From a virus: a stretch of 56,916 nucleotides of DNA. Position numbers and translations under genes: made by a program. The DNA is taken from positions 1 to 56,916 of the IMG/VR virus record IMGVR_UViG_3300006226_000001. The stretch is one strand, 5' to 3'. Positions 1 through 6,674 of this stretch are shown here, in pieces; within the stretch, counting starts at the first letter, position 1; each line of letters opens with the position of its first letter. The notes beneath the pieces are model-generated. The model was not told the DNA's origin, ran no database searches, and saw only the letters and a list, made by a program, of their open reading frames with translations.

Positions 1-127
1 CCAAGTGTAGTTAACATTTCAAATCCGTGTCTAATACAGGATATTTCTAAATCGGTAGCCATCGGTTGAAAACTGATTTTTGTTTTCAGTATCGTTCCAG
101 TTGCTAATGCCTCAACTGTATATGGCA
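1..127. repeat. Direct terminal repeat, copy 1 (identical to 56790..56916). The contig closes into a 56,789-bp circular or terminally redundant genome
   Basis: Base-by-base comparison: 1-127 equals 56790-56916 (127/127). Confidence 0.97.
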
Positions 128-719
128 TTGGTGATACCTTGCTATTTTCAGGGTCTGAGTTTTCTCTGTCCACATGACGCACTAATCCGACCTCTGTTAA
201 TAAATCCTCTGCGGGTATTATTGGAATGGCATAAAATACGGTTTTATCAAAAATCCCAGCTTCTAATGTTTCTTTACATAATGGAAACGCAAATCCAATC
301 TGAACCATACCGGGCATTAATTGACTATACATTGCCGAACCTAATACCGACAGAGCAGGGAACTCTTTTCTCATATCTCTCAATTCTGCTGTGTTTATTT
401 CTTGCTCTGCGGCTTCTATTGTTCCACCAATGCACAGCATAGCATAAACTCTATCCCATGCTCGTTTGCCTTTGGTCTCGCCTAATGCCTCTTTGAATTC
501 CTCGATACTTGTTTTCTGGAATAGTTCCCTCATTATCAATCGTCTCAAAACTCCCCTGATTGCGTTCCCTGAAATTACAGGGACGCGTGGGTAACCTGGC
601 AATGACACAATCGGTTCTCTACGGAATTTTGTATAATTCCCAGCTGACACACCATCCGAAAATGCCCCATGAGCCAGTGGTGCCTTTGTTCTTATTGTTA
701 ATTCATATTCTTTTCTCAT
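1..719 (-). CDS. csf2: Cas7-family RAMP protein (type IV Csf2-like). This is the 5' part of a 288-aa ORF that wraps the junction and ends at 56642
   Basis: Not in the ORF track because there is no stop before the window edge. Manual translation from ATG 719..717 gives MRKEYELTIRTKAPLAHGAFSDGV...YPRVPVISGNAIRGVLRRLIMREL...FPALSVLGSAM... It stays open to base 1 and is in frame with 56642..56851. ATGA overlap with the stop of the 716..1729 gene. Confidence 0.7.
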   Translation of the reverse strand, partial: MRKEYELTIRTKAPLAHGAFSDGVSAGNYTKFRREPIVSLPGYPRVPVISGNAIRGVLRRLIMRELFQKTSIEEFKEALGETKGKRAWDRVYAMLCIGGTIEAAEQEINTAELRDMRKEFPALSVLGSAMYSQLMPGMVQIGFAFPLCKETLEAGIFDKTVFYAIPIIPAEDLLTEVGLVRHVDRENSDPENSKVSPMPYTVEALATGTILKTKISFQPMATDLEISCIRHGFEMLTTL

Positions 720-1729
720 TTTGTCTCTCTCCTTTCTTTTAGAATTTGATAACATAACGCAACAATTAATTTGCTCTTTTCTCTAATTGTTGTTTCAATT
801 TCTTTTTGTTTTTCTAAATCGAAACTGTTTAATACAGGTATGATGTGTTCACCAGCCGAAGTAGCTGGGATATCAAGCATTCCCATTAATTTGTCTGTCA
901 TTTCTGGGAGGTTTAATCTTGAAACCCTATTTATGCGATATAGGAAAAATCCGTCCCAAAATTCTTTACCTCGCTCTCTGCGATATTGTGAGTGCTGTGC
1001 CAGTAGGGACAAATACTCAGCCGCTTCTTTGTCGATATTCTCTATCATCTCTATTACCTCTCTTTTTATAATTTCTTTTTTTTCTTTTGATGGAACTATT
1101 TTTACAAGTAGTTCCACTAAACCTGTGGGTCGATGAGGTTGCAGGATATTGTTTATTTGTTCTAAAAATACCCCACCAACTTTTTCATAAGTAGCCGGGT
1201 GATAATGCCCTGCCTCAATTTCTCGACTTGAAACTCCGTGTGATTTCATAGTTTCAATAGCATTTAATATCTGTGTATGCTCTTTGGGAACAAACTCAAC
1301 CATCTTGTCATCAGTCCCAATTAAAATCCGTTCCCTATTTGATAGCCCCGCGTGTAACCAGTGGTGTTTTTTAAATGAATATGCTATGCTGATAACAAAC
1401 TCTTTTGGTGGGTTTCTTAATTTGTCTAATACTTCCTGCCTTTCTATTACTTCCACATTACCCGGTGATTTGCAAATAATTGTCTTGAATCTCAGCTCTC
1501 GTTTTTCTAATAATTCTTGACAATATTTGCAAATCAAATCACCGGGAAATAACATAAATGCGTTTATTGTAGTGAAACTACTTTTTAACACTTTACTTGT
1601 TTTTTGGGGGTCTATCTGGGGACCACCGCAAGAGCAACATAGGGTGTGAATATCCATAAAAAACTCTGTGGTTTCTTCTCGATGTCCATGTAAAAATTGC
1701 CTTGCCATCCCTTTTAGGTGTGAACTCAT
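716..1729 (-). CDS. csf1: Csf1-like zinc-finger large subunit (type IV Cas8-like) with a long helical C-terminal extension, possibly a fused Cas11
   Basis: ORF track 716..1744. The preferred ATG at 1729 forms an ATGA overlap with the ligase stop (1726..1728). Cys pairs CCSCGG...ICKYCQ near the N-terminus. Sits directly upstream of the Cas7/Cas5-like genes, and its stop overlaps the next start (ATGA at 716..719). Confidence 0.55.
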   Translation of the reverse strand: MSSHLKGMARQFLHGHREETTEFFMDIHTLCCSCGGPQIDPQKTSKVLKSSFTTINAFMLFPGDLICKYCQELLEKRELRFKTIICKSPGNVEVIERQEVLDKLRNPPKEFVISIAYSFKKHHWLHAGLSNRERILIGTDDKMVEFVPKEHTQILNAIETMKSHGVSSREIEAGHYHPATYEKVGGVFLEQINNILQPHRPTGLVELLVKIVPSKEKKEIIKREVIEMIENIDKEAAEYLSLLAQHSQYRRERGKEFWDGFFLYRINRVSRLNLPEMTDKLMGMLDIPATSAGEHIIPVLNSFDLEKQKEIETTIREKSKLIVALCYQILKERRETK

Positions 1730-2493
1730 AAATCCCCCACCCATCTTGTTCCCAGAAACACTGGGTGCCTTGGTTTTCCATTATTTCCGAGTCCAAGATA
1801 TTTGTATACTGCTACATATCCGTTCCTAAAAAATGCTGTTACATCGTAGAAATCCTCTCTCATCTCTGCTGTGAACCCAGAACTTAGGTTGAACTCAACG
1901 CCTGTGTGAATATCTTTTACTACCAAGTGTTTCATTATATTATTTCGGCATTTAGCACAGATAACCTCCGCCTCACTCTCCAAATATCTTTTCATTTTTA
2001 ATAGCTCTGTCGACCTGCCCTGCGTGTAGAGGCTATCGGGGTATCGTATCATAACTCCCTCGTAGCCTTTGTCCAGAGTGTCCTGTTCGTATCTCAGTAG
2101 GTCTTTTTTTGACACTATTTCAGTCTGTGTGATGGGGAAAAAGTCTGCTGTAATAGCCGAGCATCTGTGGAAATAATACCACTGCTCGAAACCTATATTT
2201 CTGTCCCATCTATCGAAAAATACGAATTTGATATTGTCGATAGGTTTTGTGGGGGATAACACAATTGATGTAGTCTTTGAAAAATCCCCGCCATCATAAA
2301 ATAATTCGCCATCAAAACCGTGATTATTGCCATATTTGGCTTGTATCAATTGGTTCGGTATCGGTTTACCCGACCTGCTATAAACCACTCCGTCTTTGAT
2401 GTATGCTCTAATTCCGTCAATTTTTGGTGATGCATAGACGGGGAATTTTACCCCGTCTATGTCCTTTAAATCTGTCGCTAACATTACTTGCAT
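1726..2493 (-). CDS. ATP-dependent DNA ligase (small phage type)
   Basis: Motif I SPKIDGIR (KxDG), motif III FDGELF, motif IV EGVMIR, motif V LLKMK. Start moved to ATG 2493 (RBS AAGGGAG), downstream of the previous stop at 2504. Confidence 0.9.
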   Translation of the reverse strand: MQVMLATDLKDIDGVKFPVYASPKIDGIRAYIKDGVVYSRSGKPIPNQLIQAKYGNNHGFDGELFYDGGDFSKTTSIVLSPTKPIDNIKFVFFDRWDRNIGFEQWYYFHRCSAITADFFPITQTEIVSKKDLLRYEQDTLDKGYEGVMIRYPDSLYTQGRSTELLKMKRYLESEAEVICAKCRNNIMKHLVVKDIHTGVEFNLSSGFTAEMREDFYDVTAFFRNGYVAVYKYLGLGNNGKPRHPVFLGTRWVGDL

Positions 2494-2503
2494 TTTGACT
2501 CCC

Positions 2504-2800
2504 TTATTGATTTTTTCGACTTGGTATGTCACTATACCCTATAATGTAATTTGGGTGCGGATGGTTGTCATTTAGATAAGTGTAAAGATGAACATCACTT
2601 GGGATGCCAAGAAATTCACTTATTTTGTCCTCCTCTCTCCTTTGCCCTGCATAATAGATGGCTTGATTTGCCTCGATTAGCTTTGCCAATAACACCGTAG
2701 ATAATCTATCGATAACACCCTCTGGTATTGCCTTGATAATCTCTTCGGGGTATTTTTTATACCCCGTCATCGCTAATGCTCGTCTGATTTTTGTTTTCAT
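2504..2800 (-). CDS. Hypothetical protein
   Basis: ORF track 2504..2845. Start set to ATG 2800, preceded by AAAGGAGACGCA and clear of the upstream stop at 2812. Confidence 0.6.
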   Translation of the reverse strand: MKTKIRRALAMTGYKKYPEEIIKAIPEGVIDRLSTVLLAKLIEANQAIYYAGQRREEDKISEFLGIPSDVHLYTYLNDNHPHPNYIIGYSDIPSRKNQ

Positions 2801-2811
2801 TGCGTCTCCTT

Positions 2812-3360
2812 TTAATACAGCTGCCCGTAGATTATTATGTTCCAATTGCCTTTTATTTTGATGCCATCGATTATTTCTTTGGAATGTAGAAATTCCTCAA
2901 CCAGTTTATCTGGGACGATATGCCTCTGCCATCCACGGTGGGTTTCAAACCAAACCCAATATTTTTGTGTGACCGTGTTTTGATATAACCTTGCAACTCC
3001 AACTTCTGCATTTGGATTGCAATCGATTTCTATTGAAAAATTTTTATCCATCGTTTTCCATTTAGGATCCCTTATGATTTCAATCTGTGCGTTAACGCGG
3101 TCGTGTTCCATCTGTAATCTTGATTTTTCTCTACTGGTTGTGTAGCTGATTAGGGGCCAGCTTTCAAGATTATATTTACCATTTTTTGGGGTTCCGTCTT
3201 TATTGATTTTGATTAGTCTATACCAGTTTCCCCCCCAACCTTCATCGCCTGGCGTGTGTTTTACTTTGTGCAATCCGTTGCTGTTTTTGAAATATCCACC
3301 AGAGATAATAACAATATCCCCATTATTGATTTCAATTCCGTTTTTGTCTTTCAGTCTCAT
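2812..3360 (-). CDS. Hypothetical protein (182 aa)
   Basis: ORF track. RBS GAGGGAGG upstream; ATGA overlap with the stop of 3357..3632. Confidence 0.7.
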   Translation of the reverse strand: MRLKDKNGIEINNGDIVIISGGYFKNSNGLHKVKHTPGDEGWGGNWYRLIKINKDGTPKNGKYNLESWPLISYTTSREKSRLQMEHDRVNAQIEIIRDPKWKTMDKNFSIEIDCNPNAEVGVARLYQNTVTQKYWVWFETHRGWQRHIVPDKLVEEFLHSKEIIDGIKIKGNWNIIIYGQLY

Positions 3361-3632
3361 TGCGCCTCCCTCAGTAGTATCAGCTCTTCACAATAGCTGA
3401 TTGCGTCATCCAGTATGTTACAAGTGAAGTAGATTTTTTCCGACTCAAGTGTCCTGACCTTAATTTCGTCTTCATTGCAGTGGATGGCAAGCGGATGCCT
3501 CTTGTCGTTTGCATAAAATGTCAGGGAATTTCTAATCTCTGTGGATATGAACGCAGTGTCCATACCCATTACTTCCAGCCTTTCTATCTGTTTTTTTGAT
3601 AGAAATTTTAGTTCTCTTAGTTTCAGTTTCAT
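3357..3632 (-). CDS. Hypothetical protein
   Basis: ORF track 3357..3677. Start set to the ATG inside the conserved GGAGGACACAATG cassette (3632). Confidence 0.6.
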   Translation of the reverse strand: MKLKLRELKFLSKKQIERLEVMGMDTAFISTEIRNSLTFYANDKRHPLAIHCNEDEIKVRTLESEKIYFTCNILDDAISYCEELILLREAQ

Positions 3633-3646
3633 TGTGTCCTCCAATG

Positions 3647-3666
3647 GGGGCGGTTTAAACCGCCCC
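3647..3666 (-). repeat. Intercistronic GC hairpin GGGGCGG-TTTAAA-CCGCCCC, followed by the RBS/start cassette
   Basis: Perfect 7-bp arms. The upstream gene's stop is in the loop. GGAGGACACAATG lies immediately 3' on the minus strand. Confidence 0.85.
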
Positions 3667-4014
3667 TTGATTTTCATTTTTTTTCATAATATCAAGTATT
3701 TCTATATATTCATTTATTCTGTCTTGATACCATTTTTTTTTTCGTATCATTTCAACTTTGGCAGGCTTTCCTTCTCCATCGATTGCTTTCAAACTCTGAA
3801 CCAATTCCATAGCACGTTCTTCTGTCCACAGCGTTGGGAAATATTTGTTTTCAAGTTCAACTATGTTGGTTTTATCGTCCGCTCCGACTGTGTATGCTCC
3901 GCAGGTTACAATCCAGTGGTATGGTTCTAATATTTGTACGCATGGATAAGCCTCTTTATAATACTCTTTTATCAGCCACAGTGCTCTTTCTTTAAATTCT
4001 TTTATGTCTTCCAT
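3655..4014 (-). CDS. Hypothetical protein (119 aa)
   Basis: ORF track. Cassette GGAGGACGCAATG at the start; stop codon lies in the loop of hairpin 3647..3666. Confidence 0.65.
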   Translation of the reverse strand: MEDIKEFKERALWLIKEYYKEAYPCVQILEPYHWIVTCGAYTVGADDKTNIVELENKYFPTLWTEERAMELVQSLKAIDGEGKPAKVEMIRKKKWYQDRINEYIEILDIMKKNENQGAV

Positions 4015-4025
4015 TGCGTCCTCCT

Positions 4026-4044
4026 GGCGGGCTATAAGCCCGCC
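4026..4044 (-). repeat. Intercistronic GC hairpin GGCGGGC-TATAA-GCCCGCC plus RBS cassette
   Basis: Perfect 7-bp arms; stop codon in the loop; GGAGGACGCAATG follows. Confidence 0.85.
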
Positions 4045-4334
4045 TCGTCCTTTTTGAAGTTTTCCTCGATATACTTGAAAGTATGAATTATTTCCTTTTG
4101 ATAACCTTTATATATACCGTTTAGAAAGTTGATTGCCTTTTTGATTGTCCTTCTGAACTCGTCTATCTGTTCTATTTCGGGATCCTCAAGCAACCTTTGG
4201 ATTGTTCCGATTTCATGATGCAAGTTTTCTAATTTTTCTGTGAGGTTGCCTACCTTAATTGTTTCGGTTTCTAATACCAGCAGGCTTGAGAGTAACTCGT
4301 TTATGCTTAATGTTTCGTGTTGTCTTTTTTCCAT
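4032..4334 (-). CDS. Hypothetical protein (100 aa), C-terminus ...EAGL
   Basis: ORF track. Cassette start; stop TAG lies in the loop of hairpin 4026..4044. Confidence 0.65.
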   Translation of the reverse strand: MEKRQHETLSINELLSSLLVLETETIKVGNLTEKLENLHHEIGTIQRLLEDPEIEQIDEFRRTIKKAINFLNGIYKGYQKEIIHTFKYIEENFKKDEAGL

Positions 4335-4347
4335 TGTGTCCTCCAGG

Positions 4348-4366
4348 GGCGGGCTATAAGCCCGCC
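4348..4366 (-). repeat. Intercistronic GC hairpin GGCGGGC-TATAA-GCCCGCC plus RBS cassette
   Basis: Same sequence as the 4026..4044 hairpin; GGAGGACACAATG follows. Confidence 0.85.
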
Positions 4367-4755
4367 TCTGATTTTATTGTTTTTGACATATCATAGAATA
4401 TTTTTTTTGTTCTTTTGATAGTCTTGCATGGTCTTTTTTTGCCTGTTTTGTATTCTGATTTTTTGGCTAATCTTAGGTATTCGATTCCATCGTAACTCAT
4501 AAATGAGAGCTTGCCTTTACGAATGCACAAAGGACTTGAGCTGTGTCCATACCCACCATACTTATCTGCTATTATTGGCTCTCCCCATCGTGTTTCGGTT
4601 GCTATAAATCCTTTGGGTAATACAAACCATCGTCCACCGTCATCGGTGGCGTATGCGCTTTTCAATCCCCCTCTGGGTAATAAACTATAATAACTGCGTC
4701 CACTTTCGTAATAGTAGACATAGTAAACTTTGATTATGTTGTTTGGTCTTGCCAT
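4354..4755 (-). CDS. Hypothetical protein, C-terminus ...EAGL
   Basis: ORF track 4354..4767. Start set to the cassette ATG 4755 (MARPNNII...); stop lies in hairpin 4348..4366. Confidence 0.65.
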   Translation of the reverse strand: MARPNNIIKVYYVYYYESGRSYYSLLPRGGLKSAYATDDGGRWFVLPKGFIATETRWGEPIIADKYGGYGHSSSPLCIRKGKLSFMSYDGIEYLRLAKKSEYKTGKKRPCKTIKRTKKIFYDMSKTIKSEAGL

Positions 4756-4768
4756 TGTGTCCTCCAAT

Positions 4769-4790
4769 GGGCGGGGTTATAACCCCGCCC
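4769..4790 (-). repeat. Intercistronic GC palindrome GGGCGGGGTTATAACCCCGCCC plus RBS cassette
   Basis: 22-nt perfect palindrome; stop codon at its centre; TTGGAGGACACAATG follows. Confidence 0.85.
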
Positions 4791-5055
4791 ATTCTGTTAC
4801 AAATTGATGATAATTTTCATCAATCCAAATATTGATGGTTGTGTTACCTATATTAATTTCAAGTCTGGTTCCTAGGTCGCTTATCCAGCAATCTGGATTT
4901 AGCTTATAGTGTCTGTATACATTATATCCAGCACCTGCGCTTTTAGTTTCGTCTTTTTCGTAATCTGTAGGGAATATCTTGTCTGCCATTCCCCAAGCCA
5001 TATTTTTATTAAATGCTTTCTTGTGGATACTCTTTACCCAATCTGTTGCTTCCAT
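4777..5055 (-). CDS. Hypothetical protein, C-terminus ...WAGL
   Basis: ORF track 4777..5067. Start set to the cassette ATG 5055; stop lies in hairpin 4769..4790. Confidence 0.65.
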   Translation of the reverse strand: MEATDWVKSIHKKAFNKNMAWGMADKIFPTDYEKDETKSAGAGYNVYRHYKLNPDCWISDLGTRLEINIGNTTINIWIDENYHQFVTEWAGL

Positions 5056-5069
5056 TGTGTCCTCCAATG

Positions 5070-5089
5070 GGCGGGGTTATAACCCCGCC
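5070..5089 (-). repeat. Intercistronic GC palindrome GGCGGGGTTATAACCCCGCC plus RBS cassette
   Basis: Near-identical to 4769..4790; the same flanking cassette follows. Confidence 0.85.
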
Positions 5090-5349
5090 TCTTCTTTATA
5101 TTTTTTAATAGTTTCTTTTATTGAATTACACTTTGTGTAATTATCGTCTCTGTCCATATATCCATATTCTAAATCGCAAGTTCTTAGGTAATTACTGGTA
5201 TAGAATATAAATATATGATGGTCGCCATTACTAAAATGTGCCGCGTCATAATCACTGCTACAGTGTTCAAAGCCATTTGTTTTTAGTTCAACTTCAGCCT
5301 GATTGTAAAGCTGCTGGACTCTATCTGAATATTCGTCTAAGTGTTTCAT
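5077..5349 (-). CDS. Hypothetical protein, C-terminus ...EAGL
   Basis: ORF track 5077..5418. Start set to ATG 5349, preceded by CCAGGAGGACGAA; stop lies in hairpin 5070..5089. Confidence 0.6.
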   Translation of the reverse strand: MKHLDEYSDRVQQLYNQAEVELKTNGFEHCSSDYDAAHFSNGDHHIFIFYTSNYLRTCDLEYGYMDRDDNYTKCNSIKETIKKYKEEAGL

Positions 5350-5363
5350 TTCGTCCTCCTGGG

Positions 5364-5380
5364 GCGGGCTATAAGCCCGC
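5364..5380 (-). repeat. Intercistronic GC hairpin GCGGGC-TATAA-GCCCGC plus RBS
   Basis: 6-bp arms; stop of 5369..5743 in the loop; CCAGGAGGACGAAATG follows. Confidence 0.8.
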
Positions 5381-5743
5381 TCCTTTATTTCTTTTGATTT
5401 CAGGAATCTGTTTTTCAATCAAACTAAATATGGCATCTCTTGACTGTTGTCTAATTTCTTTGTCATTTGCCCAGTTTATTCTCTGTCTGTTTTTAACCTT
5501 TTTGATTGTGTCATTTAGTCCTTTCATATGTGACTGGAATATTTTCATTTTGGCTTTATCCCAGGTCTTGTAGTATTCTATGTTATCCATTATATACTTC
5601 TTTCTTTTTTTCAGGTGGATGAGCATTTCATCGACTTCGTGGTGTAACCAGATGCCACTGAAATTTCTATTTAGATTTTCAAATTCTGCGTCAATTTCTA
5701 TGGCTCTTTCAAATAATTTTTTTTCGTAGTTTAAATCTTTCAT
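5369..5743 (-). CDS. Hypothetical protein (124 aa), C-terminus ...GAGL
   Basis: ORF track. Cassette GGAGGACGCAATG at the start; stop lies in hairpin 5364..5380. Confidence 0.65.
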   Translation of the reverse strand: MKDLNYEKKLFERAIEIDAEFENLNRNFSGIWLHHEVDEMLIHLKKRKKYIMDNIEYYKTWDKAKMKIFQSHMKGLNDTIKKVKNRQRINWANDKEIRQQSRDAIFSLIEKQIPEIKRNKGAGL

Positions 5744-5754
5744 TGCGTCCTCCT

Positions 5755-5773
5755 GGCGGGCTATAAGCCCGCC
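5755..5773 (-). repeat. Intercistronic GC hairpin GGCGGGC-TATAA-GCCCGCC plus RBS cassette
   Basis: Identical to the 4026..4044 hairpin; the stop of the 58-aa ORF is in the loop. Confidence 0.85.
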
Positions 5774-5937
5774 GTTTCCTTTTGGTTAAGTTCCAAGTAG
5801 TGCCAGTAGAGTTTTGAGTTTAAGTAACGCAATCTGTCGGTTGCTTTGTTTAATTTTGAGTAGCCTTTCATTATGACTGCCACTCTGTTTAGTGTGCTAA
5901 ATCCTGCGTATATTAACGCTTTTTTAAATCGTTCCAT
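5761..5937 (-). CDS. Hypothetical small protein (58 aa), below the ORF-track cutoff, C-terminus ...TAGL
   Basis: Manual translation from cassette ATG 5937 gives MERFKKALIYAGFSTLNRVAVIMKGYSKLNKATDRLRYLNSKLYWHYLELNQKETAGL. Stop TAG at 5761..5763 lies in hairpin 5755..5773. Confidence 0.5.
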   Translation of the reverse strand: MERFKKALIYAGFSTLNRVAVIMKGYSKLNKATDRLRYLNSKLYWHYLELNQKETAGL

Positions 5938-6233
5938 TGTGTCCTCCTATGGAATTTTTTATTTTTTCTGTTTTGGTTCTCTCTGCTTTACCCGGCAGGT
6001 CGGGTTTTCTTTGTTGCCTGCTCTTGCAGGCTTTCCTCTGTTTTCACTTCTATGTTTGATTTTTAAGAGCCGCTGTGATTTTCGATTTGCTATATCTATC
6101 AGTATAAGTAGCAAAAAGTGTGCCAAATGTAGTAAATATAGATTTAAATTTACTACTAATCCCCTAAACGCACAATTGGTGCGGGTTTGCGGAGTTTGAA
6201 AAAAATCATAAATTAATATCCGTCATCCTTTAT

Positions 6234-6253
6234 GTGGGGTAAAAATACCCCAC
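6234..6253. repeat. Hairpin GTGGGGTA-AAAA-TACCCCAC
   Basis: Perfect 8-bp arms read directly. Confidence 0.8.
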
Positions 6254-6338
6254 GAAAATAGCAAAAACTTCATTTGTCGGCACTCCCTCTAAAAATCAAG
6301 CTCTGTAAATCCGCTGTTGGTGCGGGTTTTCGGCTCTG

Positions 6339-6388
6339 TGTGGTAAAAACACCTCACATTTTTATATATTTGTGGTGTTTTTACCACA
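6339..6388. repeat. 15-bp perfect inverted repeat TGTGGTAAAAACACC / GGTGTTTTTACCACA flanking a 20-nt AT-rich spacer
   Basis: Read directly; spacer is TCACATTTTTATATATTTGT. Confidence 0.85.
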
Positions 6389-6400
6389 CACAACACCGCA

Positions 6401-6553
6401 GTGTCCTATTTTATGGACACAAAATTTTACATTTTGACCAAATACTTCATTTGTCGGCATTCGGCAATCCTGTAAACCCGCACCAATACAGGCTTTTTGG
6501 CAATCTGTCCATTTTTATGGACACTTTTTTCGATTTTGTCCATAATAATGGAC
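6401..6553. promoter_or_regulatory. Three operator-like palindromes of the type GTCCAT-N4-ATGGAC
   Basis: 6401..6420 GTGTCCTATTTTATGGACAC, 6507..6522 GTCCATTTTTATGGAC, 6538..6553 GTCCATAATAATGGAC. Confidence 0.6.
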
Positions 6554-6568
6554 ACATTTAAGTGCATT

Positions 6569-6620
6569 ATGTATAGTTTTCTATACATACCGACAAAATG
6601 TGTATAGAAATCTATACACA
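6569..6620. promoter_or_regulatory. Two operator-like palindromes of the type GTATAG-N4-CTATAC
   Basis: 6569..6588 ATGTATAGTTTTCTATACAT and 6599..6620 TGTGTATAGAAATCTATACACA. Confidence 0.6.
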
Positions 6621-6674
6621 ATTTGTTACATTTTATAATTTTCTTATTTTTCACTAATTGTTTTGTATTTTAAA

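Larger units (their letters stand above)
5950..6670. promoter_or_regulatory. About 0.7 kb of structured non-coding DNA between the primase-helicase and the small early genes. Candidate replication origin and/or control region
   Basis: No convincing ORF. Dense palindromes and direct repeats (listed separately) and an AT-rich core. Confidence 0.5.

Noticed and set aside
80-742. Plus-strand ORFs 80..442 and 560..742 from the track
   Set aside because: They are antisense to the uninterrupted minus-strand Cas7-like ORF. They have no RBS and a hydrophobic, low-complexity composition typical of shadow ORFs.
6427-6654. Minus-strand 75-aa ORF
   Set aside because: It lies entirely over five operator-like palindromes, has no RBS cassette, and has Lys/Ile-rich composition consistent with AT-rich non-coding DNA. 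It cannot be fully excluded.
5950-6670. Possible CRISPR array or tRNA genes in the structured non-coding region
   Set aside because: The repeats are heterogeneous palindromes and short direct repeats with irregular spacing, not 25-40-nt repeats alternating with unique spacers. No cloverleaf or T-loop (GGTTCGAAT-like) signature was seen.
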